From Picochlorum sp. SENEW3 (taxonomy: Eukaryota), in contig CP120463.1 of assembly GCA_034226945.1 (NCBI GenBank), positions 372,001-436,000 on the forward strand: DNA of 64,000 bases, read 5' to 3'. A program made the position numbers and the translations under genes. The notes below the pieces were generated by a model, which ran no database searches, was not told the origin of the DNA, and worked only from the letters and a program-made list of their open reading frames with translations. Shown here one piece after another: positions 11,601 to 20,233 of this stretch. Numbering within the stretch: position 1 is the first letter of the stretch; every line of letters begins with the position of its first letter.

Positions 11601-11949
11601 CCTTCTGACGCTCCTCTTTCACACGCTCTCGACGTGACAACACATCCTTTGATAGTGTACGAACATAGTCCAATACATATATCTCAAAAGAGACGATATC
11701 AATGGAATCCCATGACGCATTCCAGGAGTGGTCGTTGGGCTCAACCACATCCCGAATCGTCAATGGAGCCGCCTCTACCTCCGCCATAGCCCCATACATA
11801 CCCTCTGAATTAGTATTATGTATTCCCTTTGAGGATCCATCTGTGGCAATCGAGCACCGTCCTTGGACAACGGCTCTCAACAATTCCTTGTTTTTTTCCG
11901 CTTCTGTATCGTCACTACCGTCCCTTGAGACACCATCCACAGTCTCCAT
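8689..11949 (-). CDS. CDAN1: Codanin-1 (CDAN1/discs lost)-like protein
   Basis: Motifs in codanin-1 order: SNREAFRDSWF, RFQSLNKRF, FLEASDSHRL, LAGFLGYLSF, MPWISRYL, RKITPT, ELEKVFLDQY, LRDFVAWCSDAIA. Confidence 0.75.
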   Translation of the reverse strand: METVDGVSRDGSDDTEAEKNKELLRAVVQGRCSIATDGSSKGIHNTNSEGMYGAMAEVEAAPLTIRDVVEPNDHSWNASWDSIDIVSFEIYVLDYVRTLSKDVLSRRERVKEERQKESGRGVVQVASEKEFPRLEARIASPRAGSGRNVMNSKESKRRIVPTAVQSVEINTKFLVDEESVGAPAWPATSSSSSSSFSWTKKTKKDEEDNNNKNSVVGSSRVERIMASRSGFDTPEQGWKKKAQSRMDDGALAVGRMTLEEEEHSLQSEIVDISHALGDGLKRLACLHGRVLGLSSTMFMTSEISFLFQMLTVDVSASEKKKENHDVSLGIDGFTCGMDAVQYAACVLLHAGNLVLGLGVKVLQDMNAYIDVISRNVQIEEIRKLKNIVMDTLERHEPWGGLVQSPSFHTQKNTGCLTGHTGLNVFLNDDDMNRKKSPDGQRKLSNREAFRDSWFKLMKEAVRQSTSLSELQQHGAGKIGHHHVPEERHGEATVLKLLQEESSRLLRGLRLDNYEAFAELFVAAVLQAAATGEALMDEELTGIAKQNVSRFQSLNKRFQLQNDSKKPGFGGPRNDYQNRQSKGRVSYMSKRTQVDQSAEHALNVAGEFTKSLRPFVLFLEASDSHRLDMSLIRVMRAKLEHLVQCSPDDAPTSLDSGGLLGIDEICISTTALAGFLGYLSFTKGDSVGVQSRCCNGDYDGTHHLDVLYYLNLCLESPPHDSRLGMLYKIMPWISRYLKFLSWNKKAAESLYFQRVFSIVGGIRRHPYLQARSRSFRGIACLSLRSILDDLAWQFQPYMERADTPGGQTKSWVDSILREDIVWANANLGRRYVETACPDLSSLGKFFSKKSIGSLDSTQVPRRVRKITPTAPSQVTQTSTALVAQKETTTAPVSHQQVLIELEKVFLDQYSTSTKVTDIKLRDFVAWCSDAIARKGVAAGLDQAVTSCCAIFENEMKEQLEQYAASCVISQTNNASKGRVDKQKLEAVCTSADNLFRSTLYDTVRAASIKALRDTIQKCSKSTVELLLPDAWGPCVKMTAAAIIARRAEAAGTGQCLTELPHLAQTRIRSALEGMTSTYMPNSKKENS

Positions 11950-12143
11950 AGGGTATTTTAGATGTACATGGATGCCTCGCTTTTTTCTGTATTCTACTCA
12001 TGCAGCAGTGGTGGTGGAACATGTTGTATCCATTCCAGAAATAGTTTTCTTAATGTTTTAATTACTCATAAGCAATGGCTTTTTGAATCGTCCATCCCAC
12101 CCAGGCAACCAAACAAAGCATTCATTTATGTATCAAACATGTC

Positions 12144-13091
12144 ATGATCAAACATGTATTCAGGCTATTGGCTGTAGTAACCGTAGCAGCAGCAGGGTGG
12201 TATGTCCCACCTAAAAATGTGTCTTGGCAGTACCAACTTTCCGATACAGGTTCTGCCTCATATATACCCGGCGTCGATCTGTATGTCATTGATATAGATA
12301 CAGCACGAGATTCTATACCATATATAAAGAAGAAGAACCCTGTGGCCAAGGTTGTATGCTATTTCAGTGCTGGGACATTTGAAGCCTACAGGGTTGACTG
12401 GGATGAAGATCGTGGGCCGTATAGCTTTTCAAAAGAGGCCTGGGGGTCGTCTATTGGGCGTCCTATGGACGGGTGGCCAGGAGAATATTGGGTGGATGTG
12501 CGATCCAAGAGAGTGAGGAGGATTGCCAAGAAGCGAATCAAATTTGCCAAGAGTATTGGGTGTGCGGGAGTGGACCCTGATAATGTGGATGGATACACGT
12601 TTGGGAAGAAGGAGACTGGATTTTCACTGACAAGAAAGGAGCAGCAGTCATTCATCACGTATTTGGCAGAGACGGCGCATTCGCTGGGGTTGGGCATTGG
12701 ATTGAAGAATGCCATAGAGTTGGTCAGTAGGATTGGTTCCAAGTTTGATTGGTTTATGAACGAGTCATGCTTTACGTTTCGGGAGTGTATGGAATACTCC
12801 AAAAAGAAAAGTCTAAGTAAAAAGGCTTTATTTATTGTAGAATATTGCGATGCGACCTCAGCGTTGGGGGAGCCCACGCAAGATCCTGGATGCTATTGTC
12901 CAATCTCCCTCAAAGAGGGGTGGAACACGTTGATCAAACAGGCAGATTTGGGTGTTCCTCGGCTACCGTGTTCTGTCTTTTGTCATGAAGAACATTCCTC
13001 ACAGAGTCCATCTTCTTCATGTCCATTAGAAGAGGATCAACAGCAACAAGAAGAAGATGTGTGTTTGGTCTTGCAAGAAGACTCATACTAA
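12144..13091 (+). CDS. Secreted glycoside hydrolase family 114 (endo-alpha-1,4-polygalactosaminidase-like)
   Basis: Signal peptide, then SWQYQL, DLYVIDI, VVCYFSAGTFE, WPGEYWVDVRS, GCAGVDPDNVDGY, GLKNA and NESC. Intronless. Confidence 0.9.
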   Translation: MIKHVFRLLAVVTVAAAGWYVPPKNVSWQYQLSDTGSASYIPGVDLYVIDIDTARDSIPYIKKKNPVAKVVCYFSAGTFEAYRVDWDEDRGPYSFSKEAWGSSIGRPMDGWPGEYWVDVRSKRVRRIAKKRIKFAKSIGCAGVDPDNVDGYTFGKKETGFSLTRKEQQSFITYLAETAHSLGLGIGLKNAIELVSRIGSKFDWFMNESCFTFRECMEYSKKKSLSKKALFIVEYCDATSALGEPTQDPGCYCPISLKEGWNTLIKQADLGVPRLPCSVFCHEEHSSQSPSSSCPLEEDQQQQEEDVCLVLQEDSY

Positions 13092-13447
13092 TTACTAGTA
13101 TGTATGTTTGCCTGTAGCATATGGCTCTGAAAATTGAAAAAATTATTGTATCCAGTTTATGCTACTATGGATAGATAATGCGGATCAAAGAAGAATGAAT
13201 TAAAGACACGGTACGACGACTGCATGCAGCATGACATGCGTCTGAAACAACATGGAAGACAGAGATCTGCAACATCTAATACAGCATGGCTCGCATTTCT
13301 TTAATTTGAATTAATGCAATCATCACCAAGCCATGTTTGTTTCGCGTGTTGCTACATAGTATCCTGTGTGTTTCAGCACTCTGTTGTCAATCCTTTGCCA
13401 TATTCTATAGAGTCTACAAAACACGCACATGATGACACAATATCACC

Positions 13448-14974
13448 TTATAATGATGCAGTATCACGGACAAAAAATACATTTCTCGGGCGAGATACAA
13501 TGCCGTAATAGAGTACATGAACGAAAAGCCTGGAAGCATAAAACCCTGACAAGGCCCACCACACGCTGGGCAACCCAAAAGGTGCTGTGGTGTATAATAT
13601 ACACAGAACAGATACCAGTCCAAGTCCAACGCCAGCTGGTAAATGCAATAATGCATTAGATCCTAAACTAATGCCATCAAACATCATCATCATGCTACAA
13701 ATAGCCATGGCAAGGGCGCCATAGGGCGCCAAACTGGAGACAGTCTGTCGGATGAGGACATCCTTTGAGAAGAGGCCTGCGCCCCATGCTAGCGCACCTG
13801 CTGCCGATATACTCAACACAATGGCAAATAATACACCTGATGTGACCAACATACGGGCCCAGGACGCAGCAGCAGGTGGGTTTTTGGTATAATCTTTTGC
13901 AACAAGAGTCTGTGCTGCCATGGACAATGGCTCTGGCAAATAGCTAATAAACCAAAACAACTGCATCGCCACTTGGTGACTCGCTGATGCTATGATACCC
14001 ATACGCGTCGCAGCTGTAGCCATGGACACATAGGCACTCATCCCAGCAAGCGTCCTTGCAATCAGCGTGCAACCAACGGTTGCAAATTTCTTTACCCGAT
14101 CCGCCCGAGGCAGCGCGAACAAATCCTTGAATCTAATCTCAGAATATGTGTTACTACGAAATACCATGAGCCCCATGGCCACCATGCCACAGAACTGAGC
14201 AGACACAGTAGCCAAAGCAGCACCCTTCACCCCCATGTGATACTGGCTCACCAGTATAATATCCCACACAATATTGATCGCTGTCGCCATTGCACACACA
14301 ATCATTGGTGTAATTGTATCCTGTTTTCCTAAACAAAGACCTTGAAATGCATTCATCACCAGCACACATGGCAATCCCATTGCTCGAATCAGCAAGTACT
14401 CTCGGGCCAAGGGAATCACACGGGCATCCGTGCCCATACCAGACAAAATCCACGACCCGAGCCCTCCATGCAACACGAGCACACTCAGTATACCAAATAA
14501 CACTGCAAGAAACATGGCTGTCGACACCGTCGACCGAATCTCCTCCTCCCCTTCAGAGCCAGACACTGTTGTGGCTGTTGTAATCCCAATAAATGTGAAA
14601 ATTTGAAAAATAGAATTGAATATAGCGGTATTCGGACCCACCGCAGCCAAATGCAACGTCGAATATGTACCCAACACAGCAGAATCAACCAATGTCTGCA
14701 ACGGATCCGATGTCACCACCACCAGAGCTGGCAAAGCCAACCGTACCACTGTTCTCAACTCCTCTCCACGACTGTCACTGCTCGATGACGACGCAGCAGC
14801 ATGAACCACACCCAATCGGTGACCGCTTCTTGCTCCATACTGATACCGTAGTACTGCCTTGTGACTACTATAGCGAGTTCTCTGTAGTCTGAGTGAGCCC
14901 TTCCATGGCTCCTGACGACACGACAAGGAACATTGTCCGAGACCTGCAATCCCACAATGCACCCAACGTTGCAT
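13448..14974 (-). CDS. MATE/DinF efflux transporter, plastid-type (EDS5/DTX46-47-like)
   Basis: LALPAL...SDPLQTLVDSAVLG...LAAVGP, EYLLIRAMGLP, LGKQDTITP, MGVKGAALATVSAQ, EPLSMAAQTLVA; multiple TM segments and a transit-peptide-like N-terminus. Confidence 0.88.
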   Translation of the reverse strand: MQRWVHCGIAGLGQCSLSCRQEPWKGSLRLQRTRYSSHKAVLRYQYGARSGHRLGVVHAAASSSSSDSRGEELRTVVRLALPALVVVTSDPLQTLVDSAVLGTYSTLHLAAVGPNTAIFNSIFQIFTFIGITTATTVSGSEGEEEIRSTVSTAMFLAVLFGILSVLVLHGGLGSWILSGMGTDARVIPLAREYLLIRAMGLPCVLVMNAFQGLCLGKQDTITPMIVCAMATAINIVWDIILVSQYHMGVKGAALATVSAQFCGMVAMGLMVFRSNTYSEIRFKDLFALPRADRVKKFATVGCTLIARTLAGMSAYVSMATAATRMGIIASASHQVAMQLFWFISYLPEPLSMAAQTLVAKDYTKNPPAAASWARMLVTSGVLFAIVLSISAAGALAWGAGLFSKDVLIRQTVSSLAPYGALAMAICSMMMMFDGISLGSNALLHLPAGVGLGLVSVLCILYTTAPFGLPSVWWALSGFYASRLFVHVLYYGIVSRPRNVFFVRDTASL

Positions 14975-15678
14975 CACACCAAACTCTTATATGTTTATAC
15001 TATGCGGTATATGGGAAGCTCCATGCAGAACAAGACACAATCAATCGGTTCTCATGCAAATTTATATTTTATATATGGAGTATTGGTTTCAGCCACCGTG
15101 TGCGCAGGGAAAATCCCTCCTCCTTGGTCCATCTCTGGCAATCAGATCCCACCGTTCCCTGATCCCCAGTCAGAATCAAATCCTATTAACAATACAAGCA
15201 TATTTATTCCTGAAGTAGGCTATTCACAGGTACGTCTGTTCTTGGATGTCTATAAACACCCAGGTCCCCTTGCTGTTTTGGAAACATTCCATTCCTGACC
15301 ACCCTGGTCTCCTTCTTCTTCTTCTTTTTGGGATTATATTGATAGAAATGTACAAGACTGATATTCTAATCGTCTGAAAGAGGAGAATAGTGTCTTGAAT
15401 CGACCGAGTGCATGATTTCATCATTGCGGGGGCTTTGGTTGTCTGCGTTGATTCATGTCCCAGTATTTTCCTTACTATGTACTATATTCTCGACAAAGAA
15501 GAAGAACAGAAAGAAGAAGGAGACGGAGAACAGAGGTACCTGGGGAGGGTTGCTTATGTGGTTCTGTTTCCGTACGTACATAACTTGCCTGTTTCGTTGA
15601 TATTATAGATTTACCACACAAGATACCGGGCTGTTTTCTATTGGTGGAGACGAGTGTGTCGTCGGTGGTTGTGAGAAT

Positions 15679-17244
15679 ATGGTTGAGCACGGGATCGAGG
15701 GGGGAGCTGTAGAGGAGCAGCAGCCCAAGCAGCAGCAGCAGGAGCAAAATGGTGGGGACGAATCGTATTCGGAGAAGCAGTCTGATCCTGTACCTATATC
15801 AGGGAGAGGGCGGGGGAGATCGCCGTATGGTGGTGGATATCAGCAGCATTCCCCTGGTAGGTACCAGCACTCGCCCAGTGGGTATCAGCACCACAGAGGT
15901 AGGGGTGGGTATCGTGGAGGGGGGCGCCGGTATCACCACGTAGATTCGCCTCGAAGTGGTAGTAATTCTCCAAGGATGATGAACCCGAGCTCGAATTCGC
16001 CGCGATATTACCAGCAGCAAGGGGGTTCTCGACTGAGTGGGGGTGGTCATCAGACACCGGTGAGCACACCGCCTCCGCCCCCTCCCCGATCTCCTATGGT
16101 TGTGACGGATGGATGGCAGTATCAAGATCCTGAAGGGGATGTGCATGGTCCGTATTTGGCATCCAAGATTGTGAACTGGGTGGATAAAGGGTATTTCTCT
16201 GATGGGCTTCCTGTGAGAAAGGTGACCAAGGAGGGGAGTGCGGCATGGGGTCCTTTGAAGTTTGTGCTGAGTGATTTGAGGCGTGAGGCGGCGTTGACGA
16301 TCGTTCCTAATCCGGATAAAATACCGATACAGGAGCAAAGTAGTCCGGTGGTGGCGGTCAAGCCTCCGCCACCTCCGGTGGCTGCCAAGGAGACAGTGCC
16401 AGAGAGAGAGCAGAGGAAGGTAGAGGTGCCGCCGCCGCAGCCATCCGCGGATCGTTGGGAGAAGGTTCAGCCCTCTCGGACACGTTTCAATGATAGGTGG
16501 AATGCAAATGATGACAGAGCACGCCGAGGAGGGGGTCGAGGCCGCAATCAACGGGGTAACAGAACAGACAGGGGACGAGGCAGGGGTCGTGGAGGGAGAG
16601 GCGGTCGTGGGAGAGGGGGATCGACAGTGGACCCTGATCTTGCCGAGGCAGTGCACAAGCTTTTCAGTGGAGACGTGGATCAGGGTGCTGATCAGCCCAT
16701 GTGGAGGTATATAGATTATGAGGGGGTCACACAGGGGCCCTTCCCTGCCAAGAGTATGATTGAGTGGTTCCAGGGAGGGTATCTGAGTGACAGTACAATC
16801 CCCGTGTGTGGCACGGAGAGGAAAGTGTCTCCTCCGAATCTTCCTCCGAATGACTTTTACATCCCTCTGGGTGCGCTGATATACTGGGCACGGAGAGGGA
16901 ATCATTTCAAACCAGTCACAGTGGCTGATATTCAGAGCAAGACGCTGCCTGAAGAGCTTGCTGCGCTGAAAGAATCTGCTGCGAAAGCGTTCGAAGGTGT
17001 TGACAAGGAGAAGAAGGTTGCAGCGGACAAGGCAACCGCAAAGCAGAAGGATGATGCGCCTCCTCCAGTGTTGGAGCAGCGCGAGTCATCCAAGTTGCGG
17101 AGTCCTGGAGATATCAGCTGGGCAGAAGCTGAAGAATTGGAGTCTCACGATCTTTTGGAGGACGATGAAGTGGTGTCACGGGCTACTGATGAGGTGACTG
17201 AAAAGGTGTCCTCTCTGGAGGTGAACACTGGTGACGAGGAGTAG
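15679..17244 (+). CDS. Tandem GYF-domain protein with RGG-rich regions
   Basis: Two GYF domains: WQYQDPEGDVHGPY...WVDKGYF and WRYIDYEGVTQGPF...WFQGGYL. RGG boxes and proline-rich segments. Confidence 0.85.
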   Translation: MVEHGIEGGAVEEQQPKQQQQEQNGGDESYSEKQSDPVPISGRGRGRSPYGGGYQQHSPGRYQHSPSGYQHHRGRGGYRGGGRRYHHVDSPRSGSNSPRMMNPSSNSPRYYQQQGGSRLSGGGHQTPVSTPPPPPPRSPMVVTDGWQYQDPEGDVHGPYLASKIVNWVDKGYFSDGLPVRKVTKEGSAAWGPLKFVLSDLRREAALTIVPNPDKIPIQEQSSPVVAVKPPPPPVAAKETVPEREQRKVEVPPPQPSADRWEKVQPSRTRFNDRWNANDDRARRGGGRGRNQRGNRTDRGRGRGRGGRGGRGRGGSTVDPDLAEAVHKLFSGDVDQGADQPMWRYIDYEGVTQGPFPAKSMIEWFQGGYLSDSTIPVCGTERKVSPPNLPPNDFYIPLGALIYWARRGNHFKPVTVADIQSKTLPEELAALKESAAKAFEGVDKEKKVAADKATAKQKDDAPPPVLEQRESSKLRSPGDISWAEAEELESHDLLEDDEVVSRATDEVTEKVSSLEVNTGDEE

Positions 17245-17603
17245 GGCATTTCTCTGGGAATGTCTGATACAAAGTACTTGGATATATTTATCACATTATT
17301 AATCAACCAACGAGTGGCATAAGTAACAAACTATTTATTACTAGTATGAGACAAACCAATCTGTGTAGTAGATTGTTTTTGCAACATGGGCAGGAATGCG
17401 GAATGTCATTCTTGCATGAACACATCACAGCAGTCTTTCGTCATCATCTGTTACACAATGGTACGGATATGATGGGTTCCAAAACAATGTTATATACATG
17501 TTGACCAAAGTCATTATCGTTTCATCGGTGGTATATATTCAAAATGCAATGATGATGGTTCCTTGATCAAGGAGATGTCGCATTTCCACCTCTTAAAGTC
17601 CTC

Positions 17604-18203
17604 TTAGACTTTACCATTGTTGTCATTGATGGTTTCATACATCTCCCGATCCCTTTCACACTCTTCAACCCACTTTTCGGAGCATTCGTTGCATGTATAG
17701 TACTCACCAATGCTTTCGCCCTCGCGAAATTGCTCAACCTTGACATATTGTCCGTTTTCTTGGTAGCATCCACAATAACTGGAGCAAACGTCCAGGGTCA
17801 CCTCACCAATGTTGGAAAAGTTGATGGTTTGTTTCTTAATAGCACAATTAATCTTGTAATCCTCCACCTCTGTGTATGATGGGCCATAGTCGTCATCTCC
17901 AGGATCTGTATCCTCTTCCTCCTCTTCATCAGTACAGCAGAGATACTTGCCAAAGAATGTTTCACGAGCCCTCTCACAGTCGTCAGAAACGCGGCATGAT
18001 TTAGAAGACCCTTTGTACTCGCAACTTGAAGGAGTAAAAAAGAGTTCCCTGCACTGCCCATTCCTGCAGGCACACGGACCAGAGGAGTCTGCAAAATCCT
18101 CCGGATTGGATTGGGCACTGCTTGTTTGACTACCCAACAATACAGCCAACATCATGTAGAACATGAGTGCCAAGCACATTTGAATCATATTGAAGCGTCC
18201 CAT
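17604..18203 (-). CDS. Secreted Cys-rich protein, unknown family (one A module plus B domain)
   Basis: Signal peptide; 8-Cys module SNPEDFADSSGPCACR...FGKYLCCT; acidic linker; SYCGCYQENGQY...YYTCNECSEKWV domain. Clear paralogue of 18654-19754. Confidence 0.8.
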   Translation of the reverse strand: MGRFNMIQMCLALMFYMMLAVLLGSQTSSAQSNPEDFADSSGPCACRNGQCRELFFTPSSCEYKGSSKSCRVSDDCERARETFFGKYLCCTDEEEEEDTDPGDDDYGPSYTEVEDYKINCAIKKQTINFSNIGEVTLDVCSSYCGCYQENGQYVKVEQFREGESIGEYYTCNECSEKWVEECERDREMYETINDNNGKV

Positions 18204-18653
18204 GTTGAGATCCAGTATGAAATACGGTAGTACAATGGCCTTTCGAGAGATATGGTGAGGGATTTATGATGGTTTTTTTTGTAAAGGTTTTGTACACACT
18301 GTCCATCAAGGAATATCATGCAATTATAATGCGAGATTTTCATTACGCTGGTTGTTCTCGAGTCAACTCTGTTGACTCGGACAGATGAGAGAACACGTGT
18401 CAGCTCGAAAGATTGCCACGAGCAAGTATGGAAGCTTTGTCTGATTTCTCCAATGGAAGAGGGTGCCTTCTTCTTGTGCTTGGGTGGATTGCAAATCGCG
18501 TCTGCGCTGGAAGGCGTAAGAGCATATTAGCAACTGTAGGCAAAACGATTTGGTATAAATAACTACATTCCTGTAGTTATGCCATAGATTTTCTTTCTGA
18601 ATGCACTTATTCAGGCTTACGTGGTCTGAATGAAGCTGAAATCAATCAGGAAT

Positions 18654-19754
18654 CTAACAACAATTTGACTTAACATCCTGCCACTGGATTGGTCCCAGGG
18701 TGAAAGGCTCCAAGCGTTCTAGGGCATCATACATCTTCGAATAAGCGTCAGAATACTCCGAATTGAATGCAGCCACCAAGCTCTGCTGCGCTTTGTCAAT
18801 AGCATTTTGCGCCTCGGCGACATACAGATTCCCAACATTTTGGTTTATGGTTTCATACTGCTTCCTCTTTGATTCACAGTCCCGAACCCATTTTTCGGAG
18901 CATTCGTTGCATGTGTAGTACATTCCGATGCTTTCACCTTGATAAAACTGCTCAACCATAATATACTGTCCATTTTCTTGGTAACAACCACAATAACTGT
19001 AGCAAAGATCTAGAGTTACCTGGCCATAGTTGGGAAAGTTGACAGTTTCTTTCGCGATTGCACAATTACTCTTGCAATCCTCAACATCAGTGTATGATGG
19101 AAGCATTCCGTAATCGTAATCGTAATCATCGGCATCATCGGCATCATCAGCACCAGCATCCTCTGTTGATTTATCTTCCTCTTCCTGCGACTCTTCTTCC
19201 TCCTGCGGCTCAAGATCCCCTGTACAACACAGGTACTTGCCAAAAGCTGTCTCACGACCCTTATTACAATCTGTAGAGACACGACATGATTTGGAAGAGC
19301 CTCCGTATTCACAGACGCTTGGAGTATTTCTTTGTGGCTCGCAATCTCCACGGCATGTGCAGGGCCCAGAAGAGTCGACAAAATCTGCACTACTGGCAGA
19401 GTCACTGCTTTTATCGTTATCTGTTGATTTATCTTCCTCTTCCTGCGACTCTTCTTCCTCCTGCGGCTCAAGATCCCCTGTACAACACAGGTACTTGCCA
19501 AAAGCTGTCTCACGACCCTTATCACAATCTCTAGAGACACGACATGATTTGGAAGAGCCTCCGTACTCACAGACGCTTGGAGTATTTCTTTGTGGCTCGC
19601 AATCTCCACGGCATGTGCAGGGCCCAGAAGCGTCCACAAAATCCTCTGGATTGCTGATGGCATTGGCTGCTCCTAGTAGTACAAACAAGACTACATGGAG
19701 GCACAATGTCAGCCACATCCGGCTTGCACTGTAACGCGCGACGTTTTCGATCAT
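18654..19754 (-). CDS. Secreted Cys-rich protein, unknown family (two A modules, B domain, C-terminal extension)
   Basis: Signal peptide MWLTLCLHVVLFVLLGAANA, two near-identical 8-Cys modules, and the same B domain as 17604-18203. Start uncertain (ATG 19754 or 19718). Confidence 0.8.
   Translation of the reverse strand: MIENVARYSASRMWLTLCLHVVLFVLLGAANAISNPEDFVDASGPCTCRGDCEPQRNTPSVCEYGGSSKSCRVSRDCDKGRETAFGKYLCCTGDLEPQEEEESQEEEDKSTDNDKSSDSASSADFVDSSGPCTCRGDCEPQRNTPSVCEYGGSSKSCRVSTDCNKGRETAFGKYLCCTGDLEPQEEEESQEEEDKSTEDAGADDADDADDYDYDYGMLPSYTDVEDCKSNCAIAKETVNFPNYGQVTLDLCYSYCGCYQENGQYIMVEQFYQGESIGMYYTCNECSEKWVRDCESKRKQYETINQNVGNLYVAEAQNAIDKAQQSLVAAFNSEYSDAYSKMYDALERLEPFTLGPIQWQDVKSNCC
19162..19643. 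repeat. Intragenic direct repeat, 258-bp period (19162-19385 / 19420-19643)
   Basis: Two ~224-bp copies differing at only a few positions. Period 258 bp equals 86 codons. Confidence 0.95.
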
Positions 19755-20233
19755 TGCCACGGAATTATGTATCGTAGAGTAGACCAGAGATTTATTCTAC
19801 CAGTATAAACTTCTCGCGAGAAGGGGCGAGGGAGGACAGAGTTGTTACCCTTGAAGGGTCTTGAGTTCCTTCGTGTTCTGTGCACTTTCGAAGCAATCCG
19901 TTCAAAATATGATAGAATGCTTTCCAGCGATCACTGTTTCTCAACCAGTTGTTGGGCACAGGTAAATTGAAAAAATTCGAGTGTTCTGTTTATGTTGTGT
20001 GTATTCAATCATGCTTAGAATTCGGGGCTAGGGCAAGAATCGTCGAATGTGACACCTGGCAAATCTGGGAATTGCCACGTACCATCACGGAAGCTTCCGC
20101 CGTTGTGATTGTTCCCATGAAACGAGAAAAAGCCCTACCGTCACAGGTGTATGAGCAATCTCAATATCAATCTGTAAGACAGCGACTACGCCTAAAAAAC
20201 AAATTGAAAGGATTTTGAAGCAAAGAGTAAAAG

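Noticed and set aside
14990..15610. Several overlapping short ORFs between MATE and GYF
   Set aside because: No consistent frame or motif; probably UTR/promoter sequence, perhaps with a 5'-UTR intron.
15799..16905. 368-aa antisense ORF
   Set aside because: Shadow of the GYF gene with low-complexity composition.
18360..18378. GAGTCAAC/GTTGACTC short palindrome between the Cys-rich paralogues
   Set aside because: An 8-bp stem alone is expected by chance in 64 kb.
19162..19643. Direct repeats considered as CRISPR- or LTR-like
   Set aside because: They are in-frame protein-domain duplications in a eukaryotic gene, with no spacers, cas genes or retroelement ORFs.
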